From the NCBI GenBank assembly GCA_963837455.1, contig CAWINM010000015.1:384-64383 (forward strand): a stretch of 64,000 nt of DNA, written 5' to 3'. Each line of letters starts with the position of its first letter. Position 1 is the first letter of the stretch. The DNA is from Thermoanaerobaculia bacterium. GTDB lineage: Bacteria; Acidobacteriota; Thermoanaerobaculia; Multivoradales; JAIOJS01. The notes beneath the pieces are model-generated. The model saw nothing but the letters and a program-made list of their open reading frames with translations. It was not told the DNA's origin and did not search any database. The translations under genes were made by a program, and so were the position numbers. Positions 34,601 to 50,168 of the stretch are shown piece after piece.

Positions 34601-34871
34601 ATGTCCACCGGCACCCGGCCGTCGGTCTCGTTCTTGACGAAGCGGAAGCTCGTCAACGGCGCGAGCCGCGCATCGTTGCGCAGGTGGAGCAGCCCGAGGT
34701 AGAGGCGCGAGTCGATCTTGTTCTGCGTCGTCGTCTTGCCGCTCTTGATGCCCGCAAGGCGGCCATCTGCGTGGCCGCCTGCGCGCTCAGTTTCGGAGGT
34801 GCGGCGTAGGCAGCCGCCGTGGCGAGCAAAGCGAGCGCGATCACCGTGGACCAGCGAGCAACACGGGACAT
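31655..34871 (-). pseudogene. large secreted subtilase-like (S8) peptidase with P-domain, DUF11-like repeat and IPTL-CTERM sorting signal; at least five frame switches
   Basis: Signal peptide MSRVARWSTVIALALLATAAAYA (ORF 34653..34871). VCVLSDGVD and GDEGSAMLEIVHDLAPGA (32956..34332). YGTSAAAPHAAAIAAL (32991..33749). P-domain DHTFANDLQIDLKSPAGT..GTWELHATD, DUF11-like TKSVTG..YTIVLTNNG, and C-terminus EVPTLSGLGLLLAGLLLAAAALWRLR (31655..33286). Confidence 0.7.
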
Positions 34872-35083
34872 TCGTCCACCTCCGGGGCAGTGGATCCTCG
34901 GGCGTCGACGCGCCGCGGATCGTGGTTGGGCTAGGGCTAAAGCAGGCCAAACCTATCTAGGGGCGGCGGCGCTGTCAACCCGTTGCAGTCGGCCAGAGCG
35001 ACCGCCCCCGTGCCGCGATCGGTCAGGGGAGGCCGGTAGGCCGATCGGGCCTGGCGGCGGTGGATCCGGCCCGCCGGCCCCCG

Positions 35084-35722
35084 TCACCCGCTTCCCGTCA
35101 CCTGCGAGGTCGCGAGGAGACCAGACCGCCGAACCTCATCCTGCGAGGTGAGGCGCTCGGCCGGCGAGCGGTAGGCCGGCGGGCGCTCGCCAGCCGCCGC
35201 CTCGGCGATCCGGGCGGCCTCGGCGGCGAGCAGGCCGGCCATCGCCGCGCGCAGCGCCCCCTCCACGGCCAGCGGGCGTGGCAGGCACTCCAGCCGGTGG
35301 ATGCCCCCCTCACCGGCGAGCCGGATCTCCAGGGTCCCGTAGCCCAGCAGCCGACCGGGAAGCCCCTGCGTGAGGCCCACTTCGGCGACCGCAGCGAGCG
35401 GTGCGTCGAGCGCGCGCCGCCGCAACCCGACGGTATGGACCACCCGCCGCGTGGTCACGAGATAGGCCTCGGTCCCCCACCGCAGGCATGCCAGGAGCGC
35501 GAGCGGGAGGGCGAGCACCAGCAGACCGGCGCCCACTGCGGCCGCGGCGAGCGACTCCCAGCTCCCGAGGCGGCCCAGGGTCGACGCCGCCGCGCCGGCG
35601 GCGGCGAGAGCCAGCGCCCCTCCCACACCAGGCAGCAGCGCCACCCAGTGCCGCCGCGTCCGGCACAGCAACCGCTCTCCGGGCGCCAGCAGCGAATCGA
35701 CGCGCTTCACCGGCGTCGACAC
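35084..35722 (-). CDS. bacterial PH-domain (bPH_2 / YdbT-like) membrane protein
   Basis: LLAPGERLLCRTRRHW, two TM helices, then YLVTTRRVVHTVGLRRRALDAPLAAVAEV..TQGLPGRLLGYGTLEIR. Confidence 0.6.
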   Translation of the reverse strand: MSTPVKRVDSLLAPGERLLCRTRRHWVALLPGVGGALALAAAGAAASTLGRLGSWESLAAAAVGAGLLVLALPLALLACLRWGTEAYLVTTRRVVHTVGLRRRALDAPLAAVAEVGLTQGLPGRLLGYGTLEIRLAGEGGIHRLECLPRPLAVEGALRAAMAGLLAAEAARIAEAAAGERPPAYRSPAERLTSQDEVRRSGLLATSQVTGSG

Positions 35723-35729
35723 CTGCGGC

Positions 35730-36386
35730 TCAACTGTTGGCCTCCTGGAGCAGCGTCAGCTGGAAGCCGTCGGGATCCGTGAGGTTGAGGACCCGGGCCC
35801 CCCAGGGCGCCGTCTCCGGTCCGCGCGCCTCCACGCCGCGCGCCTTGATGCGCTCGGCGAGGGCGTCGATGTCCTGCGTGGTCTCCAGGTACAACCGCAT
35901 ACCGATGCCCTTGCTGCGGTCGCGCCCCTTCGCCCAGTCGTCCTGGCTGAGCCCGATCATGCAGGCCCCGGCCAGCATCTCGACACCCAGGAGCACGCCG
36001 TCACGCTCCCAGCGGTCCTTGACGAAGAAGCCCAGGCCGTCGACGTAGAAGCGCAGGCTGCGGGCGAGGTCGTCGACGGTGAGCGCCGCCGAGAGCATCT
36101 TGCAGCGCAGGGTCGCGGGCTCCTGCCGCGGCAGGATGACGCGGCCGGGCGCCGCAACCCTCCGCCGCTTCGCCGCCGACCGCGGCTTGGCGGCTGCCTT
36201 GGACCGCACCGCGGCCCGCGGCCGTGGCGAGGCCTTCGCCTTGCCCGCCGGTCTCGCTTTGGCCGCAGGCTTCGCTTGGGCCGCAGATTTCGCCTTGCTC
36301 GCCGCCGTCCTCGACTTGCCCGCCCTGCTCACCCTCGCCTTCGCCGGCTTCCCACCGGCCCGCTTGCTCCCGCCCTTGCTTGCCAT
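35730..36386 (-). CDS. VOC (glyoxalase/bleomycin-resistance fold) protein with a ~95-aa Lys/Ala/Pro-rich basic N-terminal tail
   Basis: Strong AAGGAGAG RBS before ATG 36386. The tail reads MASKGGSKRAGGKPAKARVSRAGKSRTAASKAKSAAQAKPAAKARPAGKAKA... VOC core: LTVDDLARSLRFYVDGLGF....GMRLYLET.DIDALAERIKARG.....APWGARVLNLTDPDGFQL. Confidence 0.7.
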   Translation of the reverse strand: MASKGGSKRAGGKPAKARVSRAGKSRTAASKAKSAAQAKPAAKARPAGKAKASPRPRAAVRSKAAAKPRSAAKRRRVAAPGRVILPRQEPATLRCKMLSAALTVDDLARSLRFYVDGLGFFVKDRWERDGVLLGVEMLAGACMIGLSQDDWAKGRDRSKGIGMRLYLETTQDIDALAERIKARGVEARGPETAPWGARVLNLTDPDGFQLTLLQEANS

Positions 36387-36482
36387 CTCGATCTCTCCTT
36401 TTCGGGGTCGCTTTCCCGACGCGTGCGCGTCGGGGTTCCGGAGCGAAACCCTACCCCACCGAGCCGCGGCTGCGAGCCATTC

Positions 36483-38972
<2,490 letters not shown>

Positions 38973-38987
38973 CGGGCACCTCGCGGG

Positions 38988-39191
38988 TCAGAGCACCGGC
39001 ACGCCCTCCCGGCGCGGGCCGCGCGGGAAGGCAGCGTCGATGCGGGCGAGCTCGTCGTCGCCGAGCTCGAGGTCGGCCGCCGCGGCGTTGGCCTCGACGT
39101 GCTCGACGTGGCTGCTCTTGGGGATGTTCCAGGTGCCCTGGCCGACGACGGCCACCGGGCGCCCGCCGGGACCGAACGGTGCCGTGCGCAT
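38988..39191 (-). pseudogene. 67-aa remnant of an aldo/keto reductase (N-terminal and C-terminal ends joined, core deleted)
   Basis: ..VAVVGQGTWNI (resembling the AKR N-terminal G-x-G-T-W motif) is followed directly by PKSSHVEHVEANAAAADLELGDDELARIDAAFP (resembling the AKR C-terminus). About 250 aa of barrel are missing. Confidence 0.5.
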
Positions 39192-39195
39192 GGGG

Positions 39196-40068
39196 CTAGC
39201 CCAGCCTGCTCCGCAGGCAGAGGAGCCGCCGCAGCAGCTCCGCCACCTCGAGCTGCGAGGCTAGCGTGAAAGCGGCCGCCGTGGGCCGGTCGGCTCCCAC
39301 CCGCACCGTCACCGCGTCATCGCCGGCGAGGGCCGCGAAGGCATCCTCGTCGGTGGTGTCGTCGCCGACGTAGAGCACGACCTCGCCGCCGGCGCGGTGC
39401 CGCAGCCGCTCCATCGCCGCGCCCTTGCCGGTCCCCGCCGGGCGTGCCTCGACCACCTCCTTGCCGCGCAGGACCTCGAATCCGACCACGGCGCGCGCGG
39501 CCAGCTCGAAGGACGCCGCCGCTGCGGCAGCGTCCTCGGCCGCCGCCAGCCGGGTGTGCAGGGCGAGGCTCGCGCCCTTGTCCTCGACCCGCACACCGTC
39601 ATGGCGGGCGGCGATGGCGGCGGCGCCCCGGCGCAGCGGCGCCAGCGCCGCCGCCGTCGCCTCGAGGTCGATCGCCGGCAGCACCTCCCCGCTCGGCGAG
39701 GCGAGCTCGAGCCCGTGCAGCCCCACCATCCACACCCCTTCGGTGCCGACGAGATCGCGCAGCTGCGCCACCGGGCGGCCGCTCACCACGGCCACCGTGG
39801 TGCCCGGGCGGCTTGCCAGCGCGGCGAGCGCCGCGCGCGTCTCGTCGTCGGCGAGCGCCTGCTCCGGGGTGGGCTGGATGGGAACCAGCGTGCCGTCGAA
39901 GTCGAAGGCGGCGAGGAGCGTGCCGGCGGCGAGTCGGGGCACCAGCTCCGACCAGCGGTCCCAGAGGAGCAGCGACGGGCCGCCCTGGCGCCCGGGCGGC
40001 GCCTCCTGCCGCTCCCCACCGGCCGCGCCAACCGGCCGCACCGCCGTCTTCGTCACTCCCTGAGCCAT
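39196..40068 (-). CDS. otsB: trehalose-6-phosphate phosphatase (HAD family)
   Basis: LLAAFDFDGTLVPI (DxD motif), VAVVSGRP, GKGAAM and LYVGDDTTDEDAF. Follows otsA with a 3-nt gap. Confidence 0.8.
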   Translation of the reverse strand: MAQGVTKTAVRPVGAAGGERQEAPPGRQGGPSLLLWDRWSELVPRLAAGTLLAAFDFDGTLVPIQPTPEQALADDETRAALAALASRPGTTVAVVSGRPVAQLRDLVGTEGVWMVGLHGLELASPSGEVLPAIDLEATAAALAPLRRGAAAIAARHDGVRVEDKGASLALHTRLAAAEDAAAAAASFELAARAVVGFEVLRGKEVVEARPAGTGKGAAMERLRHRAGGEVVLYVGDDTTDEDAFAALAGDDAVTVRVGADRPTAAAFTLASQLEVAELLRRLLCLRSRLG

Positions 40069-40071
40069 CTC

Positions 40072-41670
40072 TCAGTGCAGGGCGCGACGGCGAGCGTCAC
40101 TTCCCCGTTGCTCCGCCGGTCGCTCGGCGGCCCCGCGCTTGTCGCCGCCACCGGCCCGCGCCGGCATCCCCTTGCGGGTTGCCACCACCGCCGCAAGGAT
40201 GGTGGCGAGCCAACCGTGCACGTCGCAGGCCTCGACGCGAGCCTGCAGCCGCTCCATGCGCCGCCGACGCTCCTCGGCCGGCATCGCCAGCGCCTGTGCC
40301 AGCGCCTCGGCGGTCTCCTCGACGGCGAAGGGGTTGATAGCAGCGCGCCGTCGCCGAGGGCATTGGCGGCGCCGGTCAGCTCGGAGAGCACCAGCACGCC
40401 ATCGCGGCCCTGCTGGCAAGCAACAGTACTCCTTGGCGACGAGGTTCATGCCGTCGCGCAGCGGCGTGACGTAGCCGACGGCGGCGTTGCGGTAGAGCAG
40501 CGAGAGCTGCCCGCGCCCGAACGAGCGGTACATGTACCGCACCGGCACCCAGTCGGCGTCGCCGTACTCGCCGTTGGTCCGGCCGACGATCTTCTCGATG
40601 CGCTCGCGCTGCTCGGCGTACTCGGGCACGTCGCCGCGCGAGGGGACGGAGATCTGCATGAGCGAGACGGCTGCGGCGCCACTCGGGCTTGAGACTCGAG
40701 CAGCCGCGCGAAGCCGGCGAGCCGCTCCGGGATCCCCTTGGTGTAGTCGAGGCGGTCGACACCGAGCACCAGCCGGCGCTTGTCGAGGCCGCGGCAATCC
40801 GCTCGCGAGCTCCTCGACCGTCTTGCCGCCGGCGGCTCCTGGAACGTCTCGGGGATCGATGCCGATCGGGAAGGCGCCGAGGCGCACCTCGCGCCCCTCC
40901 CAGCGCACGATGTGACGCGCGTGATCGACCTCGGCGCCGAGCAGCCGCTGGCAGCAGCCCAGGAAGTCGCCGGCGTAGTCCTCGGTGTGGAAGCCGACGA
41001 GGTCGGCGCCGAGCAGACCGGTGAGCACCTGCCGCCGCCAGGGGAGCACCCGGAACACCTCCTCGGTGGGGAACGGGATATGGAGGAAGAAGGCGAGCGG
41101 GCCGCCGTCGGGCCGGCGCTCGCGGATCTTTCGCGGCAGCAGGCAGAAGTGGTAGTCGTGCACCCAGACCACGTCCCCGGGCGCCGCCTCCTCCACCACC
41201 ACCCGCGCGAAGCGCTCGTTGATCCGCTCGTACTGGCGCCACTCCTCCTCGTCGAAGCGGCAGCGGTCGACGAAGTAGTGAAACAGCGGCCACAGCGCGC
41301 GGTTGGCGAAGCCGTGGTAGTAGCCTGCCACCTCGCGCTGGGTGAGCGGTACCTGCCGCAGCGTGAACTGCGGGGCCTCGCCAGGAACCTGGTAGCGCGA
41401 CTCGAGCTCGGGGCTCTCGTCCGGCTGCCAGGCGACCCAGACGCCTCCCGAGCCGCGCATGACGGGATCGAGCGCCGAGACCAGACCGCCGGCGGTGCGC
41501 TCGAAGCGCACCCCATCGGCGGTACGCTTGCGCACGTAGGGCTCGCGGTTGGAGACCAGCAGCAGGCGGTGCCCGCCGAGCAGCCGCTGGGTGAGGCTCT
41601 CGCCGGGCTTCGCTTCCGCCGCGGGAGCCGTGCTGTAAGGTCTTCCGGGGGACGTTTGTAGGTCTTCCAT
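40072..41670 (-). pseudogene. otsA: alpha,alpha-trehalose-phosphate synthase (GT20), at least five frame switches
   Basis: LLLVSNREPY, GGLVSAL, YYHGFANRALWPLFHY, VWVHDYHF.LLP, FFLHIPFP and GADLVGFHT are in ORF 40072..41670. LVLGVDRLDYTKGIPERL is in ORF 40446..41930. VLVLSELTGAA is in ORF 40053..40397. Confidence 0.8.
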
Positions 41671-41812
41671 CGCAAGACGGTCGCGAGCGGCCAGCCGGAG
41701 TGCCGTGCCAGCGACCTGAGGTCAACAGTCCAGGGTGCAAGCGGCCTGCCGCGGAGAGCGGATCTGGCCGCACCGCTCGGGCGCCGGCAAGCTCTTCGCA
41801 AACCGCCGCGAC

Positions 41813-43887
41813 ATGCCACGCCACCGTACCATGCCCCCCTCGGACGCAAGACCCGGAGCCCTTCCAGACATCGAGCCACCGCCGCTCGCCCTCGAGGGGC
41901 GGCAACGCGTCGTCGTCGAGGCGGTGACACCCTGCGTCGACGGCGGCGCCTTCCCCGCCAAGCGCACGCTGGGCGACCGCGTCGTCGTCGAGGCCGACGC
42001 CTTCACCGACGGCCACGACCTGGTGGCGGCACGGCTGCTCTATCGTCCCGCCGGCGAGGGCAGCTGGCGCGAGGCGGCGATGCTGCTGCTCGGCAACGAC
42101 CGCTTCGGCGGCGAGCTGACCGTCGATCGTCTGGGCCGCTGGGAGATCGCCGTCGAGGGGTGGATCGACGCCTTCGGCAGCTGGCGCCGCGACCTCGCCA
42201 AGCGCGAGGCCGCCGGACAGGTGACGGCGACCGACCTGGCGATCGGTGCGGACCTCGTCGCCGCGGCGGCGCGGCGGGCGCCGGCCGGCGAGCGGAGTGC
42301 GCTCGAGGAGCTCGCCACCAACCTCGACGAGAGCTCCCTCGAGGCCGCGGCCCGCGTCCCTCTCGCCCTCGACAGCGAGCTGCACCAGCTCGTGGCGCGC
42401 TTCCCCGACCGCAGCTTGGCAACCCGCAGCCTGTCGCTTGCCGTCGTCGTCGACCCCACGACCGCACGCTTCTCGAGCTGGTACGAGATGTTCCCGCGCT
42501 CGGCCGCCGGCGAGCCGGGTCGCCATGGCACGTTGCGCGACGTCATCGCCCGCCTCGACTACGTTGCCGGCATGGGCTTCGACGTGCTCTACCTGCCCCC
42601 CATCCACCCCATCGGCGAGACCCACCGCAAGGGCCGCAACAACACCACCACGGCAACGGCCGACGACGTCGGCAGCCCGTGGGCGATCGGCAGTGGCGAC
42701 GGTGGCCACGACGCCATCCACCCGGCGCTCGGCACGCTCGCCGACTTCCGCGACCTCGTCGCCGCGGCGGGACGGCGCGGCCTGCGCGTCGCCCTCGACC
42801 TCGCCTTCCAGTGCTCGCCCGACCACCCCTGGGTCGGCGAGCACCCGCAGTGGTTCCGCCACCGCCCCGACGGCAGCATCCAGCACGCCGAGAACCCGCC
42901 CAAGAAGTACGAGGACATCGTCCCCTTCGACTTCGAGTCGAGCGACTGGCGCGCGCTGTGGGTAGCGCTCGCCGGCGTCGTCGAGCACTGGGTGGCGCAG
43001 GGGGTGGAGCTGTTCCGCGTCGACAACCCGCACACCAAGGCCTTCCCGTTCTGGGAGTGGCTGATCGCCGAGGTGCGCGGACGGCATCCGCAGGTGCTCT
43101 TCCTCGCCGAGGCCTTCACGCGCCCGAAGGTGATGTACCGCCTCGCCAAGGTCGGCTTCTCGCAGTCGTACAACTACTTCCCGTGGCGCACCAGCAAGCG
43201 CGACCTCACCACCTACTTCAGCGAGCTCGGGCGCCCGCCGGTGGCCGAGTCTTTCGCCCCAACCTGTGGATCAACACCCCCGACATCCTCACCGAGCAGC
43301 TGCAGCACGGCGGCCGCGCCGCCTTCGCCCAGCGCCTGGTGCTGGCCGCCACCCTGGGCGCGAGCTACGGCGTCTACGGCCCCCCCTTCGAGCTCCTCGA
43401 GGCGCAGCCGCGCGAGGCCGGCAGCGAGGAGTATCTCGACTCGGAGAAGTACCAGCTGCGCTTCTGGGATCTCGCGGCGCGTCCGAGCCTCGCCGAGCTC
43501 ATCGCTCGCATCAACCGCATCCGCCGCGACAACCCCGCCCTGCAGCACGACCGCGGGCTCGCCTTCCACGCCATCGACAACGAGGCGCTGCTCGCCTACA
43601 GCAAGGTCGCGCCCGAAGGCGACAACGCCGTGCTGGTGGTGGTCAACCTCGACCCCACCCACGCCCACGGCGGCTGGCTCGAGCTCGACGCCGCCGCCCT
43701 CGGCACGGCGGTGGGCGGCGAGGTTCCCGCTCGCCCGTTCCAGGTGCACGACCTGCTCACCGACACCCGTTTCCTCTGGCAGCCGGGCCGCAACTACGTC
43801 GCTCTCGACCCGCAGTCGGTGCCGGCGGCGATCTACCGGGTCCGCCGCCGGGTGCGCAGCGAGGTCGACTTCGACTACTTCATGTGA
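41813..43887 (+). pseudogene. glgE: alpha-1,4-glucan:maltose-1-phosphate maltosyltransferase; single frame switch near 43250
   Basis: FSSWYEMFPRS, DVLYLPPIHPIG.THRKGRNN, FRVDNPHTK and [15 protein letters not shown] (ORF 41735..). Then [22 protein letters not shown] (ORF 42160..43887). A codon reads gag-tc-ttt where one nt appears to be missing. Confidence 0.85.
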
Positions 43888-43904
43888 GAGCGAGTCCCAC
43901 CCAC

Positions 43905-47402
<3,498 letters not shown>

Positions 47403-47485
47403 CCCACCGGTGTGCTCCACCTCGCTGGGAACGCGCGCTCGGCCCACCGCCGCCCGCTCGCCGGCCGCCGCTTATACTCGCCAGC

Positions 47486-47707
47486 ATGCGATCCGTTGCC
47501 GACGACCTGCGGCGGGAGCAGCGCCGGGCGCTCGCCCTGCTCACTCCGGCCGAGCGCGTCGCCCTCGCGCTCCGTCTCGGCCAGCGCGACACGCGGACCT
47601 TCGCGGCGACCCAGCGGCTGACCATCGAGCAAGCTCGCCGGTCGCTGCGGCAACGTCGCCAGCGGGGCCGCCGCGCGTCGCGCTGCATGGACGACAGCCG
47701 GGATTGA
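47486..47707 (+). CDS. small hypothetical protein (antitoxin-like partner of the following nucleotidyltransferase fragment, tentative)
   Basis: 73 aa: MRSVADDLRREQRRALALLTPAERVALALRLGQRDTRTFAATQRLTIEQARRSLRQRRQRGRR... The stop overlaps the next ORF's TTG (TTGA). Confidence 0.35.
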   Translation: MRSVADDLRREQRRALALLTPAERVALALRLGQRDTRTFAATQRLTIEQARRSLRQRRQRGRRASRCMDDSRD

Positions 47708-47946
47708 CGCTGCTCGACCTGGTCGCTGGTCGGCTCGAGTCCCTGGGCATTCCCTACTGTGCCATCGGCGCCTCCGCTCTCGCCGCCCACGGCGTCAGCC
47801 GCGCCACGCGGGACATCGACCTCTTCACGGTCTCCAGCGTTGCCCTCGAGCAGGGGTCGTGGGCCCATCTCCACCGCCGGTCACCTGGGATCCGGCATCA
47901 TTCCTGCTGGGGAACGCGCCATGACGCAAGGGGCAGCGATGAGTGA
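47704..47946 (+). pseudogene. truncated nucleotidyltransferase-family fragment
   Basis: [42 protein letters not shown] resembles the N-terminus of uncharacterised/AbiEii-like nucleotidyltransferases. It degenerates after about 55 aa and overlaps the glgB start. Confidence 0.4.
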
Positions 47947-49852
47947 AGGTGGTGGGCGGATCTACCTGCTCACCGCCGACGACCTCCACCTCTTCAACGA
48001 GGGTACCCACTACCGCCTCTACGAGAAGCTGGGCGCCCACCCCGGGGAGTCGGAGGGCGTCGCCGGCACCTACTTCGCCGTCTGGGCGCCCAACGCCGCG
48101 CGCGTCGCCGTGGTGGGGGACTTCTCCGACTGGCGCCCCGATGCCCACCCGCTCGCGCCGCGGGGCAGCTCGGGGATCTGGGAGGGGTTCGCGCCGGGCG
48201 TCGGCGCGGGGGCGCTCTACAAGTACTGGATCGAGTCCGCCGCCCACCAGGGGTACCGGGTGGACAAGGCCGATCCGCTCGCCTTCCGCGCCCAGCTGCC
48301 CCCGGAGACCGCCTCCGAGGTGGCGGACCTCGCCCACCAGTGGCACGACGGCGCCTGGATGGCCGGGCGCGGCGGTCGCGGCGACCTGGCGGCGCCCGTG
48401 TCCATCTACGAGGTCCACCTGGGCTCCTGGCGGCGCGTCGTCGAAGAGGGCAACCGCTCGCTCACCTACCGCGAGCTCGGCCCCGCGCTCGCCGACCACG
48501 CCCTCGACCTCGGCTTCACCCACGTCGAGCTGCTGCCGGTGATGGAGCACCCCTTCTACGGCTCGTGGGGCTACCAGACCACCGGTTACTTTGCACCGAC
48601 CCGCCGCTACGGCACCCCCGAGGAGCTGATGGGGATGATCGACCACCTCCACCAGCGCGGGCTGGGGGTGATCCTCGACTGGGTGCCCTCGCACTTCCCC
48701 AGCGACGAGCACGGCCTCGCCTACTTCGACGGCACCCACCTCTTCGAGCACGAGGACCCGCGGCTCGGCTTCCATCCCGAGTGGAACAGCTACATCTTCA
48801 ACTACTCCCGCCACGAGGTGCGCAGCTTCCTGGTCTCCTCGGCGCTGTTCTGGCTCGACCGCTACCACGCCGACGGCCTGCGGGTGGACGGCGTCGCCTC
48901 GATGCTCTACCGCGACTACGCGCGCAAGGAGGGGGAGTGGCTCCCCAACGAGCACGGCGGCCGCGAGAACCTGGAGGCGGTCGCCTTCCTGCGCGCGCTC
49001 AACGCCGAGGTCTACGAGCAGTACCCCGACACCCAGACCTACGCCGAGGAGTCGACCGCATGGCCGGGCGTGTCACGGCCCACCTACGTCGGCGGCCTCG
49101 GCTTCGGCTTCAAGTGGGACATGGGCTGGATGCACGACACGCTCGAGTACCTGGCCCTCGACCCCGTGCACCGCAAGTACCACCACGACCGCCTCACCTT
49201 CCGCCGCATGTACGCCTACAGCGAGAGCTTCTGCCTGCCGCTCTCTCACGACGAGGTGGTCCACGGCAAGCGCTCGCTGCTCTCCCGCATGCCGGGCGAC
49301 GAGTGGCAGCGCTTCGCCAACCTGCGCCTGCTCCATGCCTGGCAGCACGCGCAGCCTGGCAAGAAGCTGCTGTTCATGGGCGGCGAGATCGGACAGGTGC
49401 GTGAGTGGGACCACGACAGCAGCCTCGACTGGCATCTGCTCGAGCAGCCGTTGCACCGCGGCGTGCAGCGGCTGGTCGGCGACCTCAACCGCCTCTATCG
49501 TGCCGAGCCGGCCCTCCACGAGCTCGACTGCGACCCCGCCGGGTTCGAGTGGATCGACGCCAACGACGCCGAGCAGAGCGTGGTGACGCTGCTGCGCCTC
49601 GGCAAGGACCCCGCCGAGGCGGTCCTCGTCGCCCTCAACTTCACCCCGGTGGTGCGCCGCAACTACCGGCTGGGAGCGCCGCGCGGCGGCTTCTGGCGTG
49701 AGCTGCTCAACACCGATGCGAGGGACTACGGCGGCAGCGGGCAGGGAAACCTGGGCGGCGTCGAGGCGGCGCCGGTGCCGCTACACGGGCGCAGCCACTC
49801 GCTAACGCTGACCCTGCCGCCGCTCGGCGCGGTGTTCCTCAAGGCGGGCTGA
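47921..49852 (+). CDS. glgB: 1,4-alpha-glucan branching enzyme
   Basis: [76 protein letters not shown] and [12 protein letters not shown]. Confidence 0.9.
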   Translation: MTQGAAMSEGGGRIYLLTADDLHLFNEGTHYRLYEKLGAHPGESEGVAGTYFAVWAPNAARVAVVGDFSDWRPDAHPLAPRGSSGIWEGFAPGVGAGALYKYWIESAAHQGYRVDKADPLAFRAQLPPETASEVADLAHQWHDGAWMAGRGGRGDLAAPVSIYEVHLGSWRRVVEEGNRSLTYRELGPALADHALDLGFTHVELLPVMEHPFYGSWGYQTTGYFAPTRRYGTPEELMGMIDHLHQRGLGVILDWVPSHFPSDEHGLAYFDGTHLFEHEDPRLGFHPEWNSYIFNYSRHEVRSFLVSSALFWLDRYHADGLRVDGVASMLYRDYARKEGEWLPNEHGGRENLEAVAFLRALNAEVYEQYPDTQTYAEESTAWPGVSRPTYVGGLGFGFKWDMGWMHDTLEYLALDPVHRKYHHDRLTFRRMYAYSESFCLPLSHDEVVHGKRSLLSRMPGDEWQRFANLRLLHAWQHAQPGKKLLFMGGEIGQVREWDHDSSLDWHLLEQPLHRGVQRLVGDLNRLYRAEPALHELDCDPAGFEWIDANDAEQSVVTLLRLGKDPAEAVLVALNFTPVVRRNYRLGAPRGGFWRELLNTDARDYGGSGQGNLGGVEAAPVPLHGRSHSLTLTLPPLGAVFLKAG

Positions 49853-49870
49853 GCGGGGCCCCGAGGGAGC

Positions 49871-50071
49871 CTACTCGGGCCAGTCGTCCTCCTGCCGCGG
49901 CTGCGGACCGAGGACGATGCCCGCGAGGTCCGGATCCTCGCCGGGGACGGCATTGGCCAACCGAGCGCGCTTCTCCTCCTGCCGCTTCTGCATCTTCGCC
50001 GCCTTCTCCTGCTGGCGCTGGCGGCGCGCCATCTCTCTCTGCCGCTTGGTCGTGCCGGAGTTCATCGCCAT
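49871..50071 (-). CDS. small Arg/Lys/Gln-rich hypothetical protein
   Basis: 66 aa: MAMNSGTTKRQREMARRQRQQEKAAKMQKRQEEKRARLANAVPGEDPDLAGIVLGPQPRQEDDWPE. The RBS is weak. Confidence 0.4.
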   Translation of the reverse strand: MAMNSGTTKRQREMARRQRQQEKAAKMQKRQEEKRARLANAVPGEDPDLAGIVLGPQPRQEDDWPE

Positions 50072-50168
50072 ACGGGGAGCCTGCCTTTTCCCTGGTTCCT
50101 GGGGACTTCGCGGCCTCGCCGGCCGCGCCTGAGGGTGGTCGCGCCCGCAGGCGCGCTCCCCCAGTGTG

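Noticed and set aside
40376-43087. 903-aa minus-strand ORF crossing the otsA/glgE divergent region
   Set aside because: It would have to run antisense through glgE and through the divergent promoter region, and its composition is low-complexity. The otsA motifs lie in other frames.
49857-49881. Hairpin (GGCCcCGAG / CTCGGGCC) between the convergent glgB and small basic ORF, as a possible bidirectional terminator
   Set aside because: There is no U-tract on either strand, and the 3' arm overlaps the coding end of the minus-strand ORF. The evidence is insufficient for an intrinsic terminator.
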